From contig JBGAKI010000001.1 in NCBI GenBank assembly GCA_044224525.1, positions 12,917-76,916 of the forward strand: 64,000 bases of DNA. Direction: 5' to 3'. Source of the DNA: Polyangiales bacterium. Its GTDB lineage: Bacteria > Myxococcota_A > Polyangia > Polyangiales > CBDCBC01. Shown here piece after piece: positions 50,289 through 58,536 of the stretch. How positions within the stretch are numbered: position 1 is the first letter of the stretch; each line of letters opens with the position of its first letter. The notes under the pieces are model-generated. The model searched no databases. It had not been told where the DNA came from and saw only the letters and a list, made by a program, of their open reading frames with translations. Both the position numbers and the translations under genes were made by a program.

Positions 50289-50867
50289 GTGCGCGTAAAC
50301 TTCGTCTTACTCACCTTATCACTGCTTGCCGGTTGTGATCAGCGCCAAACGCTTGCAGAAGACATAAGCGCTCAGAACGCCGTATTCGCCTGCGGAGCGT
50401 ACAACGAGCGCCTTCAGTTTAATGAGCGACCGAGTGGAGATTGCAGTGTGATCGACCCTGTTGTACTAAGCCATGCATTATGTCCCGAGCTCCTCAAGGA
50501 TCGCGATATTGCTCGAGAACTTGCTCACTTCACCTCGACATATCAACCACCCTGGCAGTTCAACGATGCCATCACAACCATTCTAAATAGAAAGAACCTC
50601 GAAGATAGGAAAGGTCTACTGCTCTCCCTCTACTCGGAAGGTAAAGAAGGGTGGATCTACGATTTGTACTACTCGGGCCCCGAAAGTAGAACCCTAACAC
50701 TTGGTTCGGGCCTTACCCAATACATCTCTCAAACCACCTGCCCAGAATGGTTCAAGGACTCGACCTCCGAGCAGCGCGAAACCTTGGCCAAGGGTTGGCA
50801 CGAACAGAACAACCCCTTCAAAGGTTTGTTCAAACTTCTCGCCGAGCGCGCCTACCTTTGCGACTAA
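50289..50867 (+). CDS. Hypothetical lipoprotein (probable paralog of 10514-11197)
   Basis: Lipobox LAGC; conserved Cys spacing; TGCTACACT extended -10 6 nt before GTG. Confidence 0.78.
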   Translation: MRVNFVLLTLSLLAGCDQRQTLAEDISAQNAVFACGAYNERLQFNERPSGDCSVIDPVVLSHALCPELLKDRDIARELAHFTSTYQPPWQFNDAITTILNRKNLEDRKGLLLSLYSEGKEGWIYDLYYSGPESRTLTLGSGLTQYISQTTCPEWFKDSTSEQRETLAKGWHEQNNPFKGLFKLLAERAYLCD

Positions 50868-50893
50868 CTCAACGATCAGAGTAAACACGTCTG

Positions 50894-53257
50894 CTAAGCG
50901 GCGCGCTCGCCGCCACCAGCGCCATTACTGCTTTCACCGGTTCCACTCGGCCCCATATCAACTTTTTCAAAGCCGCAGCCCTCGGTGACGCAGCGCATCA
51001 TGTCTTGACCGCGCTTTTTTGCTCTCACTAAGAAAGGCGCTTTGCACTTGGGGCAGGGTTCGGCGACGGGCTTGGCCCACACACGAAAATCGCAGGGCTT
51101 TTCGGCTTTGTAGTTTTCACAACCATAGAAGGGCCTGCCGCGTTTGGCGCGCACTTCGATAATATCGCCACCGCATTTGGGGCAAGGAATGCCGATCGGC
51201 ATGTTGCGCGTGCTCTTGCATTCTGGGTATTTCGAACAACCCAAGAACCAACCATTACGCCCCCAACGCTTGAGCATCTTGGCGCCACATACTTTGCAGT
51301 CGTAATCCGTCGGTGTCGCGTCGCGTGCACCTTCTTCTTCGCCGTCTTGCGGGATGCTGCGCGTGTAGCTGCAATCAGGGTAACCGGTACAGCCAATAAA
51401 GGGCCCGTTTTTGCCCCACTTTTCTTCTAAGGGCTTTTTGCATTCGGGGCACGCTTCTTTGATATCGATCGCCGGCGGCCACCACTTGGCTTTGTCTTCG
51501 TTGGCGTGCGCAATCTGCCCCTGCAAACGCTCGTGAAAGGGGCGCAGCACATCAAGGCGCTTGACCTTGGCTTCGGCCACGGCATCAAGATCTTCTTCGA
51601 GCTTGCGCGTAAAGCCGATATCGGCCAGATCAAACTTATCGCGCACCAACCGATCGATCACCAATATGCCCAGCGGCGTGGGCTTCAGCTTATTGTCGAT
51701 CTTGCGCACATAGTCGCGCGCCTGCACCTTGCTGATAATCTCAGCGTACGTGCTGGGGCGACCGATGCCTTCTTCTTCAAGCTTCTTCACCAAGCTTGCT
51801 TCGTTAAAATAGGGCGGTGGTTCGGTTTGTTTGTGCTCGGACACCACGCCAGGCGGATCGATCAGCTTGAGCGCTTCACCTTCGCTAAGCTCAGGCAAGT
51901 TTTTGCCCTCATCATCGTCCTCTTTGGCCTCGGCTTCTTCACCAGCCAAAGGTTCGCTGGTCGCGCCATACACCGCGCGCCAACCGGCGTCTTTCAAAAT
52001 GCTGCCGCTCGCGCGTAGGCCGTATTTTTTACTGCCCGCGTCAGCTTCAATGTCGACGCTGGTTTGGTCATACACCGCAGGCACCATCTGGCACGCAATG
52101 AAACGATCCCAAATCAGTTTATAAAGACGAAACTGTTCGTCTTTGAGGTACCCGCGAATGCTTTCCGGATCAAGCTCAAGGCTGGTCGGGCGAATGGCTT
52201 CGTGAGCATCTTGTGCGTTCTTGCCCGATTTAAATAAATTCGGCTCGCTGGGTACGCTGGCCTTGCCATATTTTTTGGCGATGTATTCACGGCACTCGGT
52301 GATCGCATCGGGTGAAATGCGCGTGCTGTCGGTACGCATATAGGTGATCAAACCGATTTGCTCTGACTTAGCGCCTTTACCGATATGCACACCTTCATAA
52401 AGCCCCTGCGCAATGCTCATCGCGCGTTTAGGCGGCATGCTCAAACGATTCGACGCATCTTGTTGCAGCTTCGACGTGGTGTAGGGTGCGGGAGCTTTAC
52501 GGCGCTGTTCACGGCGCGAGATCTTCGCCACCTTGTACGTGGCTTTCTTCAGTGCCTCAGCAGCATTGCTTGCGTCGATTTCGCTGCCAAGCGACGGACG
52601 CGATGAGACGCGCTCAAGCTTTTCGCCGTTGATGGACTCTAGCGCTGCGGTGAACTGTGGCTTGTTCTTACCAAGCAGCGTGGTTTCAATCAGCCAAAAG
52701 TCTTGCGGCACAAAAGCTTCGATTTCGCGATGACGGTCCACAATGATTCGAAGCGCTGGCGTTTGCACACGACCGGCCGACAACCCATACGCAAGCTTTT
52801 TCCACAGCAAGCTTGAAAGCGGATACCCACCAATGCGATCGAGCACACGGCGAGTGCGCTGCGCCTCGTAAAGATTCTTATCGAGTGCCCGTGGATGTGA
52901 CAACCCTTCGGCGACGCCCTTTTTGGTGATCTCATTAAAAAGCACGCGCTCGACAGGTTTGTCTTTTTCGGCGCCCTTGATCTCTTCATACAAATGCCAT
53001 GCGATCGCTTCACCCTCGCGATCAGGATCGGTAGCGAGCAATACGCGCTCAGCTTGACGGGCTTGTTCACGAATCGCTTTGACGATTTCAGGTTTACCTT
53101 TTTCTTCAAGTACCTTGTAAGTCTCTTGAAAGTCTTTTTCGATGTCAACGCCGCCTGACTTAGGCAAGTCTTTGATATGACCCTTCGACGCAAGGTATTT
53201 TTGGATGGTCTTCGCTTTTGCCGGAGACTCAACAATGAGTAGTGATTTTTTTGCCAT
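50894..53257 (-). CDS. topA: DNA topoisomerase I with C-terminal zinc ribbons
   Basis: IVESPAKAKTI, ATDPDREGEAI, SAGRVQ, ITYMRTDS, GIGRPSTY, C4 zinc ribbons. Confidence 0.97.
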   Translation of the reverse strand: MAKKSLLIVESPAKAKTIQKYLASKGHIKDLPKSGGVDIEKDFQETYKVLEEKGKPEIVKAIREQARQAERVLLATDPDREGEAIAWHLYEEIKGAEKDKPVERVLFNEITKKGVAEGLSHPRALDKNLYEAQRTRRVLDRIGGYPLSSLLWKKLAYGLSAGRVQTPALRIIVDRHREIEAFVPQDFWLIETTLLGKNKPQFTAALESINGEKLERVSSRPSLGSEIDASNAAEALKKATYKVAKISRREQRRKAPAPYTTSKLQQDASNRLSMPPKRAMSIAQGLYEGVHIGKGAKSEQIGLITYMRTDSTRISPDAITECREYIAKKYGKASVPSEPNLFKSGKNAQDAHEAIRPTSLELDPESIRGYLKDEQFRLYKLIWDRFIACQMVPAVYDQTSVDIEADAGSKKYGLRASGSILKDAGWRAVYGATSEPLAGEEAEAKEDDDEGKNLPELSEGEALKLIDPPGVVSEHKQTEPPPYFNEASLVKKLEEEGIGRPSTYAEIISKVQARDYVRKIDNKLKPTPLGILVIDRLVRDKFDLADIGFTRKLEEDLDAVAEAKVKRLDVLRPFHERLQGQIAHANEDKAKWWPPAIDIKEACPECKKPLEEKWGKNGPFIGCTGYPDCSYTRSIPQDGEEEGARDATPTDYDCKVCGAKMLKRWGRNGWFLGCSKYPECKSTRNMPIGIPCPKCGGDIIEVRAKRGRPFYGCENYKAEKPCDFRVWAKPVAEPCPKCKAPFLVRAKKRGQDMMRCVTEGCGFEKVDMGPSGTGESSNGAGGGERAA

Positions 53258-53305
53258 AAATGTTTTCAGACGTTTTGTTGCCTATCGTACGCTAAACCGA
53301 GTTTC

Positions 53306-54247
53306 TCAAACAAAAGAGCGGCCACGCGCTTGCCGGGTGTACTGCCCGGGTAAAGGTTCATGTACATACCCAGCAAGGCTAAGCTCGGTAAGCCCGGCCA
53401 CCGTTTCGCTGATGCCAAGCCCACTGGCTTGCACCAGCTCGTCCACCTGCGCGACACCCTTATTAACAAGTGACAGCAGTTGTTTTGCTTGTGGGCTTAG
53501 CGACACCCGAAGCGCCTGGCGCTTAGGCCGCGTTGGCTCGTCGTGAGCGGTGGCTGAGAGGGTCCTCTGGGGGTTCATTGCCCCAATCGATAAGACATCC
53601 TGAGCACTTGTGCAAATTTGAGCCCCGTGCTTGAGTAGCCCAAGGCTTCCTAAAGCATAATAATTCCATGGACTTGAAGGAACAGAACAAATCGGCAGCC
53701 CAAGCTGCCTCGCCCAGGCCGCGGTCGACAAGGCGCCCGACTTCTCGGGTGCCTCGACAACGATCACAATCTTGGCGAGCGCCGCGATGAGCCGATTGCG
53801 ATTGAGAAAGTTAGAAGCGAACATGGGTGCGTTGGGATCAGGGTATTCACTGACCAGCGCCCCGCGTTCGATGATCTCTTTAAATAGTGTCAGGTGATGT
53901 TTAGGATAGGGCTTTTGTAGTGCGCTACCGAGCACGGCCACCGTCGCTTTGCCAGCATTCAGTGCGCCGCGATGTGCAGCTGCATCGATACCTCGAGCAC
54001 CGCCGGATACGATGGTGCATTCCGCTTGAGCAAGCTCGAATGCCAATGCCTCCGTGAAACTGAGCGCATGCGCCGATGCTGCTCGTGTGCCTACGATCGC
54101 TACCGAGCGCTCGAACGTTGGCAAATCGCCCATGACATTGATCGCCGTCGGCGCGCAGGTGGTCTTAACCTGATCAAGCGCGTTGAGCATCGTCGGCCAG
54201 CGCGGATCGTCGCGCGTGAACTGAATAATAGGTGCTTTGGTCCACAT
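53306..54247 (-). CDS. dprA: DNA-processing protein DprA
   Basis: VAIVGTR, VSGGARGIDAAAH, RNRLIAAL, VVEAPEKSGALSTA, C-terminal winged helix. Confidence 0.94.
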   Translation of the reverse strand: MWTKAPIIQFTRDDPRWPTMLNALDQVKTTCAPTAINVMGDLPTFERSVAIVGTRAASAHALSFTEALAFELAQAECTIVSGGARGIDAAAHRGALNAGKATVAVLGSALQKPYPKHHLTLFKEIIERGALVSEYPDPNAPMFASNFLNRNRLIAALAKIVIVVEAPEKSGALSTAAWARQLGLPICSVPSSPWNYYALGSLGLLKHGAQICTSAQDVLSIGAMNPQRTLSATAHDEPTRPKRQALRVSLSPQAKQLLSLVNKGVAQVDELVQASGLGISETVAGLTELSLAGYVHEPLPGQYTRQARGRSFV

Positions 54248-54318
54248 CTTTTAGATCTCTTAGCGATATCGCGCAGAAAAGGCGCATGTTGCGCGCACGA
54301 GCGATAAACTGAAACAAG

Positions 54319-54873
54319 ATGTCACCCAATCCAGATTCACATGCTCTGTGGTGGTTCTTAGTCGCATGGGCATGTGCGTTTTTAACGTATGTTTTTTTTG
54401 TGCTGCGCAAACGATGGCGCAGCATTCGTGCACGCTACCGCACCAACAAAGGTTTGCGCGCCGAGCGCAACGCCGAGCGCTGGCTTGAACGCTTGGGTTA
54501 TCGCGTGCTCGGTCGGCAAGTTGCACGCGCCTTCGACCTAAGCGTCGACGGCACGCCGATGAGCTTTCCCTTGCGCGCTGACTACGTCGTTGAAGCGCAA
54601 GGCAAACGTTACGTTGCCGAGGTCAAAAGTGGCGTGCTAGGCAGCACACTCACGCACGCTGCGACGCGACGCCAACTTTTAGAATACCGCGTTGCCTATG
54701 ATGTTGACGGCGTGTTATTCGTCGACGCCAAACACGGCCGTGTGCAAGAGGTCACCTTTTCAACCCCGCCCTCGGCCCCGCCTTTTCCTTCGCGCACGCT
54801 GTTTATCGGCCTACTACTTGGTTCGCTCACTACACTGCTCATTATCTTCTTCGCACAATATGTCGCCAAGTAG
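54319..54873 (+). CDS. Membrane-anchored PD-(D/E)xK nuclease-like protein (YraN-like core)
   Basis: GLRAERNAERWLERLGYRVL...ADYVV...AEVKSG flanked by two TM helices. Confidence 0.7.
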   Translation: MSPNPDSHALWWFLVAWACAFLTYVFFVLRKRWRSIRARYRTNKGLRAERNAERWLERLGYRVLGRQVARAFDLSVDGTPMSFPLRADYVVEAQGKRYVAEVKSGVLGSTLTHAATRRQLLEYRVAYDVDGVLFVDAKHGRVQEVTFSTPPSAPPFPSRTLFIGLLLGSLTTLLIIFFAQYVAK

Positions 54874-54925
54874 TCTAGCGCTTCCAAACTCAGTAAGCAT
54901 GCTTGTCTAGATAGAACACTTTTTT

Positions 54926-55732
54926 CTAGTTCGATACACATTCGGCAAGCACGAACGCAAGTACGCGCTCGACATAGGGTTCGAGGATCGCGAGTAACTG
55001 GGTGTGAAAAACGTGCGCAAACGTAACGTTCTCGCGCTGGTCACACAACCGCTTGCGTTCTTGAAATGAGAGCTCATGACCATAACGCGCATTGAAAGGA
55101 ATCGTCGACCATATCGAAGGTGTGATGAGATCACGATCTATGAGTCGGCTGGCGTCCTTAGGGTCTGGCCCCCGAAAAATGTGGTTGCCAATGCGGATGC
55201 GTGCGATGCGTTCGGGTGCAAAAGAAGTATCGGACCCTTTAGGTAGAATATAGATACCGATGTTACCGGGCACAATCACGGCATCGGGCGTCACTGAGTA
55301 GTAGGCGCGCAACACGAACTTGTCGGACACGAACTCTGGCAACGTGGTCAAAAGCTGTTCGAACTCTGGGCTTGCAAGTTTGGCGGTGATCGCTGCGTTG
55401 GACATGGCGCAGTCAAGTTTGAGCCTCTTAATGAACGCTCCTTGTCGTTCATTATAAGAAGGGTTCCCCGAGAAACTATCGTCAGGGATATAATTAAGGT
55501 CAAAGAAACTTTGTGACGCACATGGGTCAGGCTCTCGCTGGGTAAGCCACTTATAGTTGGGCTCGCACTCGGTTGACCACTCGCCACCCAATAAACTGTT
55601 ATCCGGATCCACAGGCGCGTCCTCACCTTGATCAATGCCGGCGAGCGCAGAAGGTTTTGCTTCGCATCCCAACGCACCCAGTAGTGTCATAATGATAAGC
55701 GCTAGGAACTTGCTAATGGGGATCTCTTTCAC
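54926..55732 (-). CDS. Hypothetical lipoprotein (possible paralog of 33193-33888)
   Basis: Lipobox ALGC; TGCTACATT extended -10 6 nt before GTG. Confidence 0.75.
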   Translation of the reverse strand: MKEIPISKFLALIIMTLLGALGCEAKPSALAGIDQGEDAPVDPDNSLLGGEWSTECEPNYKWLTQREPDPCASQSFFDLNYIPDDSFSGNPSYNERQGAFIKRLKLDCAMSNAAITAKLASPEFEQLLTTLPEFVSDKFVLRAYYSVTPDAVIVPGNIGIYILPKGSDTSFAPERIARIRIGNHIFRGPDPKDASRLIDRDLITPSIWSTIPFNARYGHELSFQERKRLCDQRENVTFAHVFHTQLLAILEPYVERVLAFVLAECVSN

Positions 55733-56026
55733 CGCTTAAATGTAGCAAATTATATCCATTCTTCCAGTAGTTCTCGCCCCATAACGTCATTAACAACCCG
55801 TTTTTATTTGCTTTTTTACTTTGAAACACGAAGAACTACTCGCCTCAAAATCGAATGTCGTCGCCTCCAAAGACGGCCTTGCGTAATAGTCGCCATCTGA
55901 ACGCGACATTCTGCAGCGTTTGTCGATGAACACGCAAAGTATATGCGACGATCTTTGGAGCGACTTCGACGCTTCGCTTCTACATCATGTCAGTTGTAAG
56001 CGACGCGCCAACGGCTCGAGTGTGAT

Positions 56027-58420
56027 TTACGGGGCAGCAAAGCCGCTCGGTGTTGAAGGTGCACTCATCGGCTTGGCCTGTGGCGCACCAAAACCAGCAG
56101 GTGCTTTAGGTGCAGCGGGGTTTGCAGGCGCCGGAGGTGGCGTTGTTGCAGGTGCAGCAAAACCTCCCGGGCTTGCAGGTTGCGTCGGCTGAATAGGCTG
56201 CACAGGAGCCGCGGGCACGCCAGCATCAGGCGCGGCGGGCGCCATGGCCGGTGCACCTGGAAGTGGAATCGGAACGCCTGCGTCCGTGTAAGGTTGTGGT
56301 GGAGGCGGCACGGCCACCAGCTGATTGCCGCGCACGACAACGGCGCCACCTTCAGGCGTCATATACGCGCCCCAATCCTGGTTGAACTTTGGAATGGCAA
56401 TGGTGATGGGACTCTTCAACTTACCTTTGATATTGCCCTCGAGCACATTGACCATCATCGGTTGATCAAGTTCATACACATAACCGCCTTCTTTGATCAG
56501 CATGTTATACGTCTCGTCTTCGTGCTCAAGCACGCGTTCGATCACGCGATGCTCTTGCCCAAGGCGATGGTGGGGCTGATGCCGAAGCACAAACGACATC
56601 AAGCGCACCGCTAAATGATTATGCAAGCGATGACAACCGTGTGAATCGCGCCGGCGTATGCTCATGTAGTCAACCGAACCGTGCGTGCGAATGCCCTCAT
56701 CGCCGTAGGGGATGACAAGCCCATTTTTGCGGTAATAGGTGTTGTGATAAGCGATCACAAGACCGTATGCAGACGCGTAACCTGGGCCAATTTCATCATA
56801 GTCAACGACGAAATCAGGATCGCTCGCCTTGCGACGTTTGCCTGGCGGCGGCACATACTTTGTGAGCAAGCTTGCTGGTGGAGTGCTTTCCGGCGGCACC
56901 CAAATCGGCGCTGCCACGATGCGTTTCCACACGCGCTCGCCCACATTCGACTCTTTATAGCGCCACATGGTTTGGCCGTTGGCTGAGCTAAACTCACTGC
57001 GCCAACCGCCGATGGTGGTGCCATAACGCGCAAGCGGTATCCACTGATTGTTATATCGCACCCTCAGCGTGATGCTCGGGTACACTTTTTTAGGTTGCGG
57101 GATTTCGCGTCCGTGATCATCGTAAGGAAAGTCGTAATACACATCGCCGCGATTGATGACGGCATCAAGCTGCATGCTCGACGTGTAGTATTCTGGTAGC
57201 GTTGGTGCTTTGAATGCGATCCAGCGATGGGCGCCATTGTTTTGCGCCGCCTGGTCAAGCCATTTCAACGTTGCCTCGGGATCCGACAACCCAAACGCGG
57301 CAATGATCGATTGACGAATTTCAGCTTCAAGGTTCCTAAGCGCGTGCCGTTTGCCGTCACGGCCAACATACGTGGTGGGCTTTTCCGGTGGGCCTTGTGT
57401 GCTGCCATCCTCAAGCACAGCCATTTCGTGCATGGCGCGTTCTGTTAGCACACGGACCACCGCCTCGTATTCAAGTTGCATCGCCGGAATACGCAACGCA
57501 TCGATCGTCTTTTGCGCGATGAAGCCCCACCCATACACGCGCTGTCGGCGTTCAAACTCAGCCAGGGCTTCGTGTGTGGCCCAATCCATTCCACCCGGTA
57601 TATATTTGCCTTTGCCCTTAAAATAGCCTTCGCATTCTAGTCGTGCTTGTACAGCGCTGATCACAACAAAACGCGTGTGCAAATCTTTATACTGTGTAAG
57701 CCACGGTTTTTCTTTGTCGCTCAGCATCTCTGGCAAAAGGGCATCGATTGAGGCTACTTTGTATTTGCGTGTCAGGTCGCCCAGTTTGTGTTCTAAAAAG
57801 CGATGCTGCTCGGCTGACTTTTTTGCTTGAGGTTGCCCTTTATAAACAATGTTGCCGTCAAAACTCGCAAGCGACGACAAGTCAACAGGTTCTTGGCACA
57901 CAAGCTGCGACACTTCATGCATTCGCGTACGCAAAAGCGTGACCGTTGGCAGAATGCCGTAAAGCTCAAGGTATTTGTCGTAGCGCGCTTTGTCGCCATG
58001 TCGGTCGGGTGGGAACTCACCTTTGGCAAGTTTCAAATAAATCGCGCGATACGTGTTGGGTTCAACCGGATCGTTCGGTGTACTTTGTTCACTAAACACG
58101 TAGGGTGTCCAGTCATCGCCAAGATCAAATAGTGTCAGGCCCTTCTTTTCGGCTTCGACGGGTGAAATATGGGCCACGATCTTCCCGCCTTGCCAAACGG
58201 GTACTTGGCCGGTCTTGGGTGCAGTGGGCTCATGCGGTTGCTCAGGCGTTTTCGGTAGCTGCGTAGACGGTTCTTTCGCGCCAGGTTTGGTCACGTGTTC
58301 ACAGCCGCTAACGCAGCCACCAAAGATCAACGCTGCGGTTACTAAGAGCCCAAGCGCTTTCGAAACGGATCGAATCTGAATCGTCTGATACATCGTCACA
58401 ATGGCAACAACATAACGCAT
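56027..58420 (-). CDS. L,D-transpeptidase family protein with PG-binding-like region and Pro/Ala tail
   Basis: PIWVPP, GIRTHGS...SHGCHRL catalytic motif. Confidence 0.85.
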   Translation of the reverse strand: MRYVVAIVTMYQTIQIRSVSKALGLLVTAALIFGGCVSGCEHVTKPGAKEPSTQLPKTPEQPHEPTAPKTGQVPVWQGGKIVAHISPVEAEKKGLTLFDLGDDWTPYVFSEQSTPNDPVEPNTYRAIYLKLAKGEFPPDRHGDKARYDKYLELYGILPTVTLLRTRMHEVSQLVCQEPVDLSSLASFDGNIVYKGQPQAKKSAEQHRFLEHKLGDLTRKYKVASIDALLPEMLSDKEKPWLTQYKDLHTRFVVISAVQARLECEGYFKGKGKYIPGGMDWATHEALAEFERRQRVYGWGFIAQKTIDALRIPAMQLEYEAVVRVLTERAMHEMAVLEDGSTQGPPEKPTTYVGRDGKRHALRNLEAEIRQSIIAAFGLSDPEATLKWLDQAAQNNGAHRWIAFKAPTLPEYYTSSMQLDAVINRGDVYYDFPYDDHGREIPQPKKVYPSITLRVRYNNQWIPLARYGTTIGGWRSEFSSANGQTMWRYKESNVGERVWKRIVAAPIWVPPESTPPASLLTKYVPPPGKRRKASDPDFVVDYDEIGPGYASAYGLVIAYHNTYYRKNGLVIPYGDEGIRTHGSVDYMSIRRRDSHGCHRLHNHLAVRLMSFVLRHQPHHRLGQEHRVIERVLEHEDETYNMLIKEGGYVYELDQPMMVNVLEGNIKGKLKSPITIAIPKFNQDWGAYMTPEGGAVVVRGNQLVAVPPPPQPYTDAGVPIPLPGAPAMAPAAPDAGVPAAPVQPIQPTQPASPGGFAAPATTPPPAPANPAAPKAPAGFGAPQAKPMSAPSTPSGFAAP

Positions 58421-58536
58421 ATTTGCCGAATGTCTCGCAAGAGTCGCATTTCAATAGCCTTGTAATCCGGGCGAATACCAGGCTGATCCAAGCAAACTAT
58501 TGCCAAATGCTCAACAAGCGCGTAGCCTGAAAAGCC

